Positions 1 through 10,231 of a stretch of 64,000 nt of DNA are shown here, one piece after another. The DNA is from Trueperaceae bacterium (GTDB lineage: Bacteria; Deinococcota; Deinococci; Deinococcales; Trueperaceae). Both the position numbers and the translations under genes were made by a program. Numbering within the stretch: position 1 is the stretch's first letter; each line of letters starts with the position of its first letter. The DNA lies in assembly GCA_965215565.1 (NCBI GenBank), contig CBDCDZ010000004.1:3680001-3744000 (forward strand), written 5' to 3'. The notes below the pieces were generated by a model, which did not search any database, was not told where the DNA came from, and saw only the letters and a program-made list of their open reading frames with translations.

Positions 1-629
1 GCAAATATAGTTTCATCAATAACTTCAATTGTCAGGTTGCTTGCTTTCTGAATGGAATCGAATTGAGGTCTCCAACCATTTGCTTTACTAATAAGTGTAA
101 GTTTAGAAATTAGTTCGGGGTTCATTGTTTCTTTAGTAATTTTCCAGTCATCATGGGGATCATGATCAACTATGTAGCTATATAACGGAGTTATTCCCCC
201 ACCTCCCGGTCGATCAAAACCGTAGAAGGTATATAGCGATGTTTCCCTGCCTTCAGGTAATGTGTAGAGACAGTTTCGCGCTCTTTCCTCTAACCATTTA
301 GCCATCCAAGGATTAGAGCCATGTTCGCGCTCACTAGCAACCTTGATCAATTCCCTCAGAATACTTTGGAAGTCTTTGAGGACCCGCTGAACTAAAGAAC
401 AATAATTTAGCAGATGCGTAGCAACGGGGTAGTAGACAGTTTCTTGGATCAAATACCACGCAGCTATGTCTCCTCCCAGAACGCCATCTTCGTCAACGAA
501 CGTTTTAGCATGTCGCTCAATCATCACCGAATACATCTGTTCTAACGCCGACGCACGAGGGTACCAATCTTCATGACCTAGTTCTCTAATGTCACTAAAT
601 ACAGAATTATCTGACTCGTCAGGGATCAT
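1..629 (-). CDS. Hypothetical protein, runs off the window (>209 aa, MIPDESDNSVFSDIRELGHEDWYPRAS...)
   Basis: Translated by hand: ATG at 629 with GGGAGA upstream, open to position 1. Visibly AT-richer than its neighbours. Not in the ORF track. Confidence 0.75.
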   Translation of the reverse strand, partial: MIPDESDNSVFSDIRELGHEDWYPRASALEQMYSVMIERHAKTFVDEDGVLGGDIAAWYLIQETVYYPVATHLLNYCSLVQRVLKDFQSILRELIKVASEREHGSNPWMAKWLEERARNCLYTLPEGRETSLYTFYGFDRPGGGGITPLYSYIVDHDPHDDWKITKETMNPELISKLTLISKANGWRPQFDSIQKASNLTIEVIDETIF

Positions 630-749
630 TTCGTCTCCCAATCTAAACGTGAGAACTTAGAGTACAATATCTACAATTACAACATTTTCGCATGGTCCAA
701 TTGTTTAGGATTTCGAGAAAAGTAATACAACTATGGCAATGACTCACAA

Positions 750-970
750 GCCACTCCAAACGGTGCGGGTCGCCCGGCCCCGCAGCTCCGTAGAACGCTT
801 GCGCCTCAGCCTGCGAGGAAAAGTTGCCACAGTCGTGATCCATCCCTTGGGGGTCGCAAGTGAGGCTTGGTGGACTCGAGACCTCATCAGTAATATTCGG
901 TACGACAGGCTCAAGCTGCACCTGCTGCGTCGGTAGAGCCTCCGCCGATACCTCGTGAATCCCATCCTCC
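750..970 (-). pseudogene. 3' remnant of an MBL-Excalibur paralog (linker + truncated Excalibur Ca-binding domain)
   Basis: EDGIHEVSAEALPTQQVQLEP...[29 protein letters not shown] aligns with [20 protein letters not shown]...[29 protein letters not shown] of 11163-12194. No start, and it lacks the final DGxACE. Confidence 0.8.
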
Positions 971-1147
971 GACGATCACGAACCCGCTAAGCTCTACGCC
1001 CTCTACGCGGCAGCGAAAGCCCTGCGTGACGAGCACGAAGATACTATCTTCGACCTCGTCGCTGAGAAAGAGGTCGGGTTGACGCTGACCGTCAACTCGA
1101 GCCGCTTAGCTTTCACGCTCGCCTACTTGCTCGCAGAAAAGGAATGA
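970..1147 (+). pseudogene. 5'-truncated paralog of the 77-aa ORF at 8003-8236
   Basis: DDHEPAKLYALYAAAKALRDEHEDTIFDLVAEKEVGLTLTVNSSRLAFTLAYLLAEKE* matches the 8003 product but has no start. Confidence 0.8.
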
Positions 1148-1157
1148 GGAGCTAGAC

Positions 1158-2022
1158 TCAGTAGAACGCCTCCGCAAAGAAGATGAGCACGTCGTCCAGC
1201 GCCTCAGACCAGACCGCCCAGGTGTGTCCGCCGTCGGTGACGCGTAGTTGCGACTCTATCTCCGCTTCTTGGAGCGCAGCGTAGAACGCGGTGGAGCTCT
1301 CGAAGAAGTCGAAGACATCGTCATCACCAACCGTGATGTAGACAGGTAGGGGGTCCTCTGCTGACGCAACCTCAGCGATGAGCATGAAGGGGTTGCGTTC
1401 CTGCTATAACGTCGAGTTAAAGGGCTCCGAAGGCTCCTGCAAGCAGCTCCTCGCGGCTCAGGCCCGCGTTGTCTTGCGGTGGCACACCCTGGAACAGTGC
1501 TCCGCTCATCACTCCCACCGCCGCATAGGTATCCGGATGGCTGAACGCCAGGTACGCCGCGCCGTAACCGCCCATCGAGAGCCCGCCGATGGCGCGGGAG
1601 GTGCGCTCGGGAATGGTGCGGTAGGTCGTGTCGATGTGGTCGATCAAGTCTTCAGTGAAGGCCGTCTTAACATCGCCGAACGCCTCTGAAGGGACGTACC
1701 AACTGTTCTCTCCGTCGGGCATCACGATGATGGTTGGTGGGATGAGATTCTCGGCGATGAGCCGACCTGCTGTATGCGCCACGTCGCCGAAACGCACCCA
1801 GTCGGTGTCGCTGCCGCCGTAGCCGTGTAAAAGGTAAACGACGGGGTAGGCGCGGCTGTCACTGTCGTAGCCCTCGGGTAGATAGAGACTGTAGGTGAGC
1901 GTGTCGCCTAAGGCGTTGCTCTCAAAGCTCTGCCCCTCGAGCACCGTCCCTGCTGCCGCTCGGGAAATGAGTAGAAAAGCAATGAGGACAAAAAGAGTGG
2001 TGCGGAAGCCGTGACGTTGCAT
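1158..2022 (-). pseudogene. Secreted alpha/beta-hydrolase (Fes/S-formylglutathione hydrolase-like esterase), frameshift + in-frame stop
   Basis: Signal peptide, YPVVYLLHG, GLSMGG nucleophile elbow, C-terminal DGGHTW in a different frame. Frameshift near 1428 and in-frame TAG near 1405. Confidence 0.85.
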
Positions 2023-2336
2023 AGGTGCTCCTCTCAATATTTTAGGTTGCAGCAGGATACCGCCTCGTCCCCGACACCGCGGCCAGAGAGGACACCTCGG
2101 AGTACTCAGTCCGCCAGCCAAACATAGTCCACGTGGGTTGATTGTGCCAATCCCTTCGACCATAGGTCACGTTCGAACACGAGCGCTACCTCACCGTGTC
2201 GGAGGCGGACCTCGGAAGTAACCTTGACCTAGTCGCGTGGGGTGGCGCGCTACCGCTTGAGCGTCACAACAGAATAATTTCAGAAAGCTCACCCGAGGTG
2301 TATGGAGTTAGGCCAACCCGTACGAAGCTCGGCGGG

Positions 2337-2960
2337 TCACGCCCTCGCCTTAAAGAGCCGCAGCGCGAACTGCATCAGCGGTCCGATGAAGAGCGCGAAG
2401 AGCACCGTTCCTAAGCCGACCGAGCCGCCCAAGAGGAAGCCGGTCACGAGCACGGACAGCTCGAGCAGCGCCCGCACCTTCCGGATGCTCAGCTTCAAGG
2501 TCTGTGAAAGCCCCAACACCAGCCCGTCCCGAGGTCCCGCGCCGAGCCCCGCCGTGATGTAGAGCCCGCTCGAGAGTCCGACAAAGACGATGCCGAGTAG
2601 ACACTGCGCCGTTCCCCAGAGGAAACCGTCGGCTACCGGAAACCATCCTTGTGCCACAAAGAGATCGACCCACAATCCAACTAAGACCATATTGAGCAGC
2701 GTGCCGAGCCCCGGCTTGACCCCCGAGAGGAGATAGCCGAGCACAATAACGAGGAGTCCCGTGAGTTGCATGACCCGCCCGAACGAGAGACCCGAGCGTA
2801 AGCTGACACCCTCGTGGAAGACAGGCCAAGGACCTAAACCGACGTTCGCGGTGAGAACCAACGCAACGCCTAGAGCTAAACCGACGAGTCCGAGGTTGAG
2901 TTGCACAAACCGCCGCCAGAAGCGGCTCGAGGCGAGTCTGTTGAGAGGGAGGGTACGCAC
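2337..2960 (-). CDS. YczE/YyaS/YitT family membrane protein
   Basis: Hydrophobic; GLGPW, GLGTLLNMVLVG, AGLGAGPRDGL, GLGTVLFALFIGP motifs. Confidence 0.85.
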   Translation of the reverse strand: MRTLPLNRLASSRFWRRFVQLNLGLVGLALGVALVLTANVGLGPWPVFHEGVSLRSGLSFGRVMQLTGLLVIVLGYLLSGVKPGLGTLLNMVLVGLWVDLFVAQGWFPVADGFLWGTAQCLLGIVFVGLSSGLYITAGLGAGPRDGLVLGLSQTLKLSIRKVRALLELSVLVTGFLLGGSVGLGTVLFALFIGPLMQFALRLFKARA

Positions 2961-3149
2961 GGCTGACAGTCTAAACCGTCGGGGCGCAGCGCGATGTGCC
3001 GGAGTAAGTTAGCAGCGACCCAGGGAAAGCCGATGCGTTTCACCCTACAAGGGGTCTCCGGCGTTTGGGGTCTGCTCGAGCCGACGTTGCGCTCGCTATC
3101 TTTTAGCTCTGCGCCTGCCCCAGTGCTACCCTGAGCCGAGGAGGAAAAC

Positions 3150-3905
3150 ATGGCAACGTATGATTTTGCGAACAAAGTCGCCCTCGTTACGGGCGCAGGC
3201 TCGGGCATCGGCGAGGCGTGCGCACTAACCCTGGCACGAGGTGGCGCGAAGGTTGTTGTAAGCGATGTCGACGCGACAGGCGGTGAGCGGGTGACGCAGG
3301 CAATTCGAGAGGGCGGAGGCGAAGCGACGTTCGTTAAGACCGACGTGTCCGACCCGGAGCAGGTCGAAGCGCTGGTGCAGCAGACCCTAGACAATTACGG
3401 TCAGCTCGACATGGCGGTCAACAACGCAGGCATCGGCGGCGAGTCCAAGCCGACAGGCGAGTACAGTTTGGAGAGCTGGCATCAGGTTATGGGCGTCAAC
3501 CTGCACGGCGTCTTCTACGGGCTGCGCTATCAGCTTCCCGCCATGCAAGAACGTGGCGGCGCGATCGTGAACATGGCGTCGATACTCGGCAGCGTCGGTT
3601 TTGCGCAGTCGCCCGCCTACGTCACCGCGAAGCACGGCGTCGTGGGGCTCACCAAGAATGCGGCGCTCGAGTACTCCGCGCAAGGAATTCGGGTCAACGC
3701 GGTCGGTCCCGGTTTTATCAAGACGCCACTCTTAGACGAGAACTTGGACGACGAGACCCAGAAGATGCTCGCCGGGATGCACCCCATCGGGCGCATGGGT
3801 ACAGCGCAAGAGGTCGCCAATTTGGTCGCCTTCTTGTGCTCGGACGACGCCTCGTTTGTGACCGGGAGCTACTACACGGTGGACGGGGCGTACACGGCGC
3901 AGTAG
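3150..3905 (+). CDS. SDR family oxidoreductase
   Basis: TGAGSGIG, NNAG, YVTAK, RVNAVGPG; RBS GAGGAGG. Confidence 0.95.
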   Translation: MATYDFANKVALVTGAGSGIGEACALTLARGGAKVVVSDVDATGGERVTQAIREGGGEATFVKTDVSDPEQVEALVQQTLDNYGQLDMAVNNAGIGGESKPTGEYSLESWHQVMGVNLHGVFYGLRYQLPAMQERGGAIVNMASILGSVGFAQSPAYVTAKHGVVGLTKNAALEYSAQGIRVNAVGPGFIKTPLLDENLDDETQKMLAGMHPIGRMGTAQEVANLVAFLCSDDASFVTGSYYTVDGAYTAQ

Positions 3906-5120
3906 CTACTCGATGATTTCTAGCACGTCCTTAGGCTCAATCTTGCCCTTAAACCAGATCACCTTGGCGCGGGTCTTGCTCACGTCCACACCCGCACCCT
4001 CGAGGTTGAGCCGTTCGGAGACCGCCAAGACCAGGTCGTCCCTGCCCGACTTCTCCACCTGCATAAACTTTTTGCGCAGATACTCAGGACGCCAGTAGCC
4101 CACGATCTCGAAGAGAAAACTGCGTCCATCGGGGTGGACCAGGCGGAAGTCTGGGATCATCACACTGCCGGGGATGGGGACGAGGTCGACTTCGCGCTCC
4201 AAGCGCCACTCGGTCTGTTGGGTGTCCCAGCGCTTGGACAGGGCTTGCTCGAGGATGGAGTCGTAGACCTTCCCCTTCTTGTAGTGGGAGACCAAGCCAC
4301 TGTTGGGCTCGAGTGTATACCTCGCTTCTTCGGGCACACCGTCGTAGGTCTGCTTAGGATTCAAGACTGCCGTCATCTGCCAGCGGGTGACATGTAAAAG
4401 GGCGGGGAGGAACTTGGCCAAGTCCACACCATAGCGCGTGGAGGCTTTGAACAAACTATTCGGACCGTCCACTGTAATGGTGAAGCCGTGCTCAGGGTCG
4501 CCCTCAATATAGGCGAGTAAGCGAAAGAGCTTCAGGTAGCGGAAGAGCTGCTTGTACTCGCCGGGGTCGTTGCGATACGCCGTTAGGACGAGCTCGCTGG
4601 CGCGGTAGAGGACGCCCTGCGCTTGCGAGAGGTTGTAGCGGTGGATGAGGGCGTCAGGGGTAGGGGACTCGAAGCTCACCATGATCTGGTTCTCCGCTAG
4701 GTCGGCATAGAGTCCGGCTCTGACTTGACTGGGTTCGACGTGGGTCTCGAGTTCTCGGCTCAGGGCGTCGGCGACTTCGCTGTGAATAGCCGTCTCCACC
4801 GCTTCGTCCGGTGCTTGCCTTGCAGCCAAAGCGAAGGCCCGCTCCCTAAGCTCTTCCGGTTCTAAGGGGCTGACCGTCTCGAACTCAGCAAAGCCGGAGG
4901 TAAGGAGATGGGCCAACCCTCGTTTGACCCGGTAGTCCGTCTCTTCCCCCTCGAGCAGTTGCAACTCGGTATCGAGCACGTGACGCGGCTTATTCAAGCA
5001 AGCACAGAAGACCTGAATGAGTTCTTGCGCCGTCGCCAGGTTCCCTTTACTCAGCTCGAGCCACTTGGGGACGATCTCCTCACCGTTGTAGCGGTGCATC
5101 AACAGCTCGCTCGGCAGCAC
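3906..5120 (-). CDS. DUF790 family protein (Bax1-like PD-(D/E)XK endonuclease)
   Basis: MLPSELL start, LYADL, RYNLSQAQG, TVDGP, RYG, YDS.LE, C-terminal IPDF...FEIVGYWRPEYLRKK. Confidence 0.85.
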   Translation of the reverse strand: MLPSELLMHRYNGEEIVPKWLELSKGNLATAQELIQVFCACLNKPRHVLDTELQLLEGEETDYRVKRGLAHLLTSGFAEFETVSPLEPEELRERAFALAARQAPDEAVETAIHSEVADALSRELETHVEPSQVRAGLYADLAENQIMVSFESPTPDALIHRYNLSQAQGVLYRASELVLTAYRNDPGEYKQLFRYLKLFRLLAYIEGDPEHGFTITVDGPNSLFKASTRYGVDLAKFLPALLHVTRWQMTAVLNPKQTYDGVPEEARYTLEPNSGLVSHYKKGKVYDSILEQALSKRWDTQQTEWRLEREVDLVPIPGSVMIPDFRLVHPDGRSFLFEIVGYWRPEYLRKKFMQVEKSGRDDLVLAVSERLNLEGAGVDVSKTRAKVIWFKGKIEPKDVLEIIE

Positions 5121-6565
5121 TACAGATCCTCGAAGCTCAGACTATCTTGGATTGGCACGTGCTCCATCACTGCTTTAGTCGGCTTCTTGAGGGGTTGCCC
5201 TTCACCCCGCCTGCGCCTTGAGACCCCCTCCTCGCTGGTGTTCTCGGCGATGACCTCATATAAGACCGCGAGCTTGCCCTCACCCTTGCGCAGGATTCTA
5301 CCTAAGCGCTGCACGTACTCCCGTGTCGTGCCCGTCCCCGACATCACGATGGCGACGTTGGCTTCGGGTACGTCAACGCCTTCGTTCAGAACCCGCGAGG
5401 TCACGATACGCGGGTAAACCCCTTCTTTGAACTTCACTAAGGTGCTGTGCCGCTCTTTAACCTTCGTCTGATGCGTAATCGCAGGAATCAGATAGGTCTG
5501 CGACACCTTGTAGACCATCGCGTTGTCGTCTGTAAAGACAAGTACCCTATCGTGTTCGTGCCGTTGCAGCAGCTCAAGCAACACCCTCAGCTTCCCTTCA
5601 GTTCCAAACGCAATCGAACGTGCCTCGCGGTGCGCCAACATCGCCGCCCGTCCCTCTTTACTCCTCGCACTCTCCCTGACGAAGCGTTGCCAGCCCTCGA
5701 GCGTCCCGAGACGGATACCGCGTCCTTGCAGGAAGTTGTTCCTCAGCTCCATATATGCGTCGTAACGCTTGCGTTCGTCGTCCGTCAGCTCGACCTTGAT
5801 CTGCTCGATGCGGTGCTCGGCTAGGGCGTGACCGGAGAGTTCTTGCGGTGTCTTGCTGTGAACAACGGGGCCGACGAGCGTTTTTAGGTCCTCATGCTTA
5901 CCGTCACCACGCTCTAAGGTCGCGGAGAGCCCTAAGCGGTAGGGTGCGAGTGAATACTCGGCAATCACTCGGGTGAAGTCCGCCGGTAGGTGGTGACACT
6001 CGTCGAAGATGAGTAAGCCGTAGCGACTACCGAGCTTCTCTGCGTAGATGGCGGCGCTGTCATACGTCGCCACTAGAATCGGACTCTCGTCTTTACTGCC
6101 GCCACCAAGCAATCCTATCTCCGTCTCCGGGAAGGCGACCTCGAGCCCGGCGTACCACTGGTGCATGAGGTCCAACGTCGGCACAACGATGAGCGTACTC
6201 CTGGGCGTGGCTTGCATTGCCAAGTAAGCGACGAAGGTCTTGCCTGCGCCTGTAGGTAGCTCAGCGATACCTCGGCGTCCTGCCCTGAGCCAGGCGTCTA
6301 AGGCATCTTGCTGGTGCTCGTATGGAGCGTGTTCGCTGATTAGCTCGAGATTAAGCTCGCTCCAGCCCTTCGCCTTGTCGTTCACCTCTATCCCATCGCG
6401 CTTCATCATTTCCAAAAAAGCACGGTACTGCATAGCGGGCAGGCGGAACTTCTCGATGCGGTCGTCCCAGGTGACAAAGTCGAGCCAGGCTCTGCCCTTG
6501 GGCGGGGGATGCAGGATCAAGGTGCCGCGGTCAAAGGTCAGGGTAGAGGTACGGGTGCGTGCCAC
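5120..6565 (-). CDS. XPB/Rad25(SSL2)-like SF2 helicase
   Basis: LPTGAGKT, DECHH, GLSAT, EGVDVP, QRLGRILR. Stop overlaps the DUF790 start. Confidence 0.92.
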   Translation of the reverse strand: MARTRTSTLTFDRGTLILHPPPKGRAWLDFVTWDDRIEKFRLPAMQYRAFLEMMKRDGIEVNDKAKGWSELNLELISEHAPYEHQQDALDAWLRAGRRGIAELPTGAGKTFVAYLAMQATPRSTLIVVPTLDLMHQWYAGLEVAFPETEIGLLGGGSKDESPILVATYDSAAIYAEKLGSRYGLLIFDECHHLPADFTRVIAEYSLAPYRLGLSATLERGDGKHEDLKTLVGPVVHSKTPQELSGHALAEHRIEQIKVELTDDERKRYDAYMELRNNFLQGRGIRLGTLEGWQRFVRESARSKEGRAAMLAHREARSIAFGTEGKLRVLLELLQRHEHDRVLVFTDDNAMVYKVSQTYLIPAITHQTKVKERHSTLVKFKEGVYPRIVTSRVLNEGVDVPEANVAIVMSGTGTTREYVQRLGRILRKGEGKLAVLYEVIAENTSEEGVSRRRRGEGQPLKKPTKAVMEHVPIQDSLSFEDL

Positions 6566-6619
6566 CTCGTTAGGCTAGCATTTGTAAGCGGACGGTTCGA
6601 GGGTCCGAGCAATTTCGAC

Positions 6620-7882
6620 TCAGAAAGTTTCTGTAACAAGCTCCGCTATCTCACAAGGAATAGTTGCCGCGACAATTGCGCCAAGGTTATATACTTCTTC
6701 CTCGACCCCGTCGAAGCGTTCCAAGCTGACATACCTGAGCAGCTCCGGGTCGAGGTCGCTCGCATCGCAAGCACACCCAACACCCTTATGACAGGTATAG
6801 GATCGGCTGATACAGCTATTCCCACACGCCTTACCCTTGCTACAAATTTTGCAACAACTCCTGACCTGCTGAGGCGGTTCATACGTTGGCTCAGGCTGAG
6901 GTTCGGTCATTGTTGAGGCTTGAAGCTGGTCGTAAGCCGAGGTGCCCAGGAGGGCGAGGTTCTGCGCCACGTAATCAACGGCTCGCAGATCGTCCTCGTT
7001 GCGCACGCTGGGATCCGCCCCTAGCTCGAATAGCCTGAGTACCACCTCAGGGTTGGGATTATCCCGAACCGCGTACATCAGCGCCGTCCAGCCCGCTAAG
7101 CTGGTCACGTCAAGCGCTGCGCCCGCCTCAACTAGCAGCGAGACGACCTCCGGGTCCTCGTTGCCCGCGGCGTACATCAGGAGAGTTTGCCCGTAGGCGT
7201 CGGCTGCGTTCACGTCTATGCCGGCCTGCAACACCGCGCCAACCTGCTCGCGACCTCCCTCCTTGACGAGGGTAAAGAGGTCGGTGAAGGACACGTTCTC
7301 TGTTTCTGTAGGGCTAAGCGAAGGTTCACGTGTGCCAACTTCATTTGTTGGTGTGCTCGGCGGCGAGGGTGTTAGCGTAGGGGGTAAGGACAGTCGGTCT
7401 GCTGACGGAGCTTCAACAGGTGTAGACGGAGTCAGGGCTGCTCGCGCGGGATCGCTCAATTGTGCGAGGGCTGCTGTGCCGGTCAGGGCAGTATTAGCGC
7501 TGGCGTAATCGAGGGCGCTCTGCCCTTCCTCGTTGCGCAGCGCAGGGTCCGCGCCGCCCCCGAGCAACACCAAGATCACCTCGGGGTTCGAGGCGTCGCG
7601 GGCGGCGTACATGAGGGGCGTCCAACCCGCTAAGCTCCGGGCGTTCACCTCGACGCCGTGGTCGACGAGCAGATTGACGACGTCGGGTGCGTTACTCGAG
7701 GCGGCGTACATAAGGGGCGTCTGACCATAGGCGTCCGCCACGCCAAAGTCCGCGCCCGAACTGAGTGCCAGGACCACGTCGTAGAAGCTGCCCTCTTTCG
7801 CGAGGGTGAAGGCATCCTGCGCGAGGGCGGAAGTGACGAGGCAAAGACAGAGCAGACACGACAAAAGATAGTAGCGCTTCAT
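6620..7882 (-). CDS. Secreted ankyrin-repeat protein with C-terminal Cys-rich motif
   Basis: Signal peptide; two modules of GQT(P/L)LMYAA / GWT(P/A)LMYA repeats; CCKICSKGKACGNSCISRSYTCHKGVGCAC. Confidence 0.9.
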   Translation of the reverse strand: MKRYYLLSCLLCLCLVTSALAQDAFTLAKEGSFYDVVLALSSGADFGVADAYGQTPLMYAASSNAPDVVNLLVDHGVEVNARSLAGWTPLMYAARDASNPEVILVLLGGGADPALRNEEGQSALDYASANTALTGTAALAQLSDPARAALTPSTPVEAPSADRLSLPPTLTPSPPSTPTNEVGTREPSLSPTETENVSFTDLFTLVKEGGREQVGAVLQAGIDVNAADAYGQTLLMYAAGNEDPEVVSLLVEAGAALDVTSLAGWTALMYAVRDNPNPEVVLRLFELGADPSVRNEDDLRAVDYVAQNLALLGTSAYDQLQASTMTEPQPEPTYEPPQQVRSCCKICSKGKACGNSCISRSYTCHKGVGCACDASDLDPELLRYVSLERFDGVEEEVYNLGAIVAATIPCEIAELVTETF

Positions 7883-8002
7883 GGCGTTCTCCCTAGGTTT
7901 TAGCGTTCTGAAAACTTTACCACGTCCAGGCTGTGGAAAAGTTCACATTTGGGAGAGGTGGTGCTAACCAAGAAGACCTGCGCAACCCTTATACTCTGAG
8001 CT

Positions 8003-8236
8003 ATGAAGCTCGACCTCCAGCTCGCCGAGGAGCGGCGCTTCAGGGTCCTCTTCTCCCGCGATGACCATGAACCTGCCGAACTCAACGCCCTCTACGCGAC
8101 AGCGAAAGCCCTGCGCGACGAGCACGAGGACACCATCGTGGACCTCGTTGCCGAGAAAGAGGTCGGACTGACCCTGCTCGTCAACCCGAGCCGCTTAGCC
8201 TTCACGCTCGCTCACTTGCTCACGGACAAGGGGTGA
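8003..8236 (+). CDS. Small hypothetical protein (77 aa), probably leaderless
   Basis: TATACT at 7990-7995, 7 nt before ATG; a paralog with the same reading frame lies at 970-1147. Confidence 0.7.
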   Translation: MKLDLQLAEERRFRVLFSRDDHEPAELNALYATAKALRDEHEDTIVDLVAEKEVGLTLLVNPSRLAFTLAHLLTDKG

Positions 8237-8252
8237 AGGGGAAGGGATAGGG

Positions 8253-8590
8253 TCAGTAGTACGCCTCGAAACTCTCCGCAAAAAACACCAGTACCTCGTC
8301 CAGCGCCTCAGACCAGACCGCCCAGGTGTGCCCACCGTCAGTGATGCGCAGCTCTGACTCTATCTCCGCTTCTTGCAAGGCAGCGTAGAACGCCGTCGAA
8401 CTCTCAAAGAAGTCGAACACGTCATCATCCCCGACAGTGACATAGACAGGTAGGGGGTCCTCAGCCGACGCGACCTCGGCGATGAGCCGGTCTGCGGTAT
8501 GTGCAACGTCGCCGAAGCGCACCCAGTCGTTGTCACTGCCGCCGTAGTCGTGCAGAAGGTAAACGACGGGATAGGTACGGCTAGTCTGTT
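8253..8590 (-). pseudogene. Internally deleted esterase paralog of 1158-2022
   Basis: YPVVYLLHDYGGSDNDWVRFGDVAHTADRLIAE joins directly to VASAEDPLPVYV...GGHTW; the catalytic GxSxG region is missing. Confidence 0.85.
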
Positions 8591-8854
8591 TGTCCTCTGG
8601 TACTCAGCCCATGAGCCAGACGCTGTTGACCGTAGTGTCGCCTTTAAGCTTGAGGTCACGACTCGCGATTCTCGTTCGCACCGCGTAGAGCGACGCTAAA
8701 GAATGGGTTGGAACCTGAGCTAAAGGGTATTCAGAGGCGCATAGTGGTGGTTGCAATTATTAGGGCAACGGGGAGGCTGTGCAGGCAAAACTTTATGTAA
8801 CGAAAGAGGCGAGTGAGGTTCACTCGCCTCATCAGCTTTTCTTGAGCCTTATCT

Positions 8855-10051
8855 CTATAAGTCGAGATCAACGACCATCCCGTCTCCCTCGTTGACCGTT
8901 CCTCGGATGTCGTACTCACGCTCCGGCTTGATGCACTGGTTCGCCGTCCAGGGGCTGCTGGACTCTGAGTCGCTGATGTCCCAAAGCTCCTTTCGCTCCC
9001 ACACCCGCTTGTCCTCGAACGAGTCGAATTTATATTCGCCTAGCAGCGCCCTAAAGACACGGATGTCCTCGAAGCGTGCTCCTGAGTTGAAGTCCGCTTC
9101 GAAGATGTTTCTTCCGTTTTCACGCCGCCCTTGAGCGAGGTTGATCTCCATTTTGAGGTTGATGTCGCGCCCGTCGTAGTCCCAATCGCGCCCCGAGCAG
9201 CTCGAGGTAGCGCAGACAAAGCGTATAAGACCTTCCTCGGTCTCACCACCCTCTCTAGGACCCCAATTGCCTCGCACGCTGACGACCGGATTGTCGTCTT
9301 CGTCCACATAGAACCACATCCTGACGATCTGGTTGGGTGGTAGCCGCCTCGAGTCAACGGTGTAGATGGGATCGCCCGAGGTCTTGGTAAAGAGCGACCA
9401 GTTGTTGAACCCACAGTTCCATTGCAAGCCTGCGTCGATATTTTGATAGTTGATGCCTTGCGAGTGACCCCCTAAAAAGATATAGGGCACTTCGAACTCA
9501 TCCGTGCGGTCGTTCGGGCACTCTGGGAAGTTGTCTTCCTCGACGTCAATGTCATTCTGCGCCCTAGAGGGCAGATACAGCCTTGTGTAGAGCGCGTTGA
9601 AGCCGTCTCTAGGGCTCGACTCGGTGAGAAAGAAGCAGCCGTCTCTCAGAAAAGTGCAGACAGTGAGCTTTTGGCTGGGCTGAAGTTCACTTTTTTTTTG
9701 CGCTTCTTGCTCTTGGCGAACTTGCTGGTCGCGTGCATTCAAGTAGTCGCCCAGCGTCTCGGCGCTCTCACCCGAGTTCGGCACGAGTTTTCCTTCTACG
9801 TCGCCTTGTGCCGTTGTCTCTAACCCTTCATCCGTGTAGTCGTACTCGATTAACCCTTCGTCAGTAGCGACGTACTGTGCGATAAGCATGGACTCATCTA
9901 CCGTATCCGCATCGGGGTCTATCGACATGAGGCTCTGAGCTTCTTTCAGAAAGGCTTCCTGACTCATTTCATTGTTCTGAGTAGGCACGGTTGCGCTGTC
10001 GCAGGCAGTGAACAGCAGCGGCATAAAACAGACCCAAAGCATCTTTTTCAT
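8855..10051 (-). CDS. Lipoprotein, hypothetical (possibly YrpD/neprosin-like C-terminal domain)
   Basis: Lipobox LLFTAC; acidic N-terminal region; EVPYIFLGG...IDAGLQW motif. Family call is tentative. Confidence 0.7.
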   Translation of the reverse strand: MKKMLWVCFMPLLFTACDSATVPTQNNEMSQEAFLKEAQSLMSIDPDADTVDESMLIAQYVATDEGLIEYDYTDEGLETTAQGDVEGKLVPNSGESAETLGDYLNARDQQVRQEQEAQKKSELQPSQKLTVCTFLRDGCFFLTESSPRDGFNALYTRLYLPSRAQNDIDVEEDNFPECPNDRTDEFEVPYIFLGGHSQGINYQNIDAGLQWNCGFNNWSLFTKTSGDPIYTVDSRRLPPNQIVRMWFYVDEDDNPVVSVRGNWGPREGGETEEGLIRFVCATSSCSGRDWDYDGRDINLKMEINLAQGRRENGRNIFEADFNSGARFEDIRVFRALLGEYKFDSFEDKRVWERKELWDISDSESSSPWTANQCIKPEREYDIRGTVNEGDGMVVDLDL

Positions 10052-10231
10052 ACGTCCCTCACACTCATCGTGGATTAGGGCGTGGTGATGGCGCAGTGGG
10101 CGACGCGGTGATAACGTAATAAATTTTATCCCTAAGGTGATTGTAGGGCGCTCTCATGAGCAGATGAGTAAGAAGCTGCTCCTTTGCGCTCATGAGAGCG
10201 CTCTAGGATGCTAGAGCAGAGGAGGTGCAAG

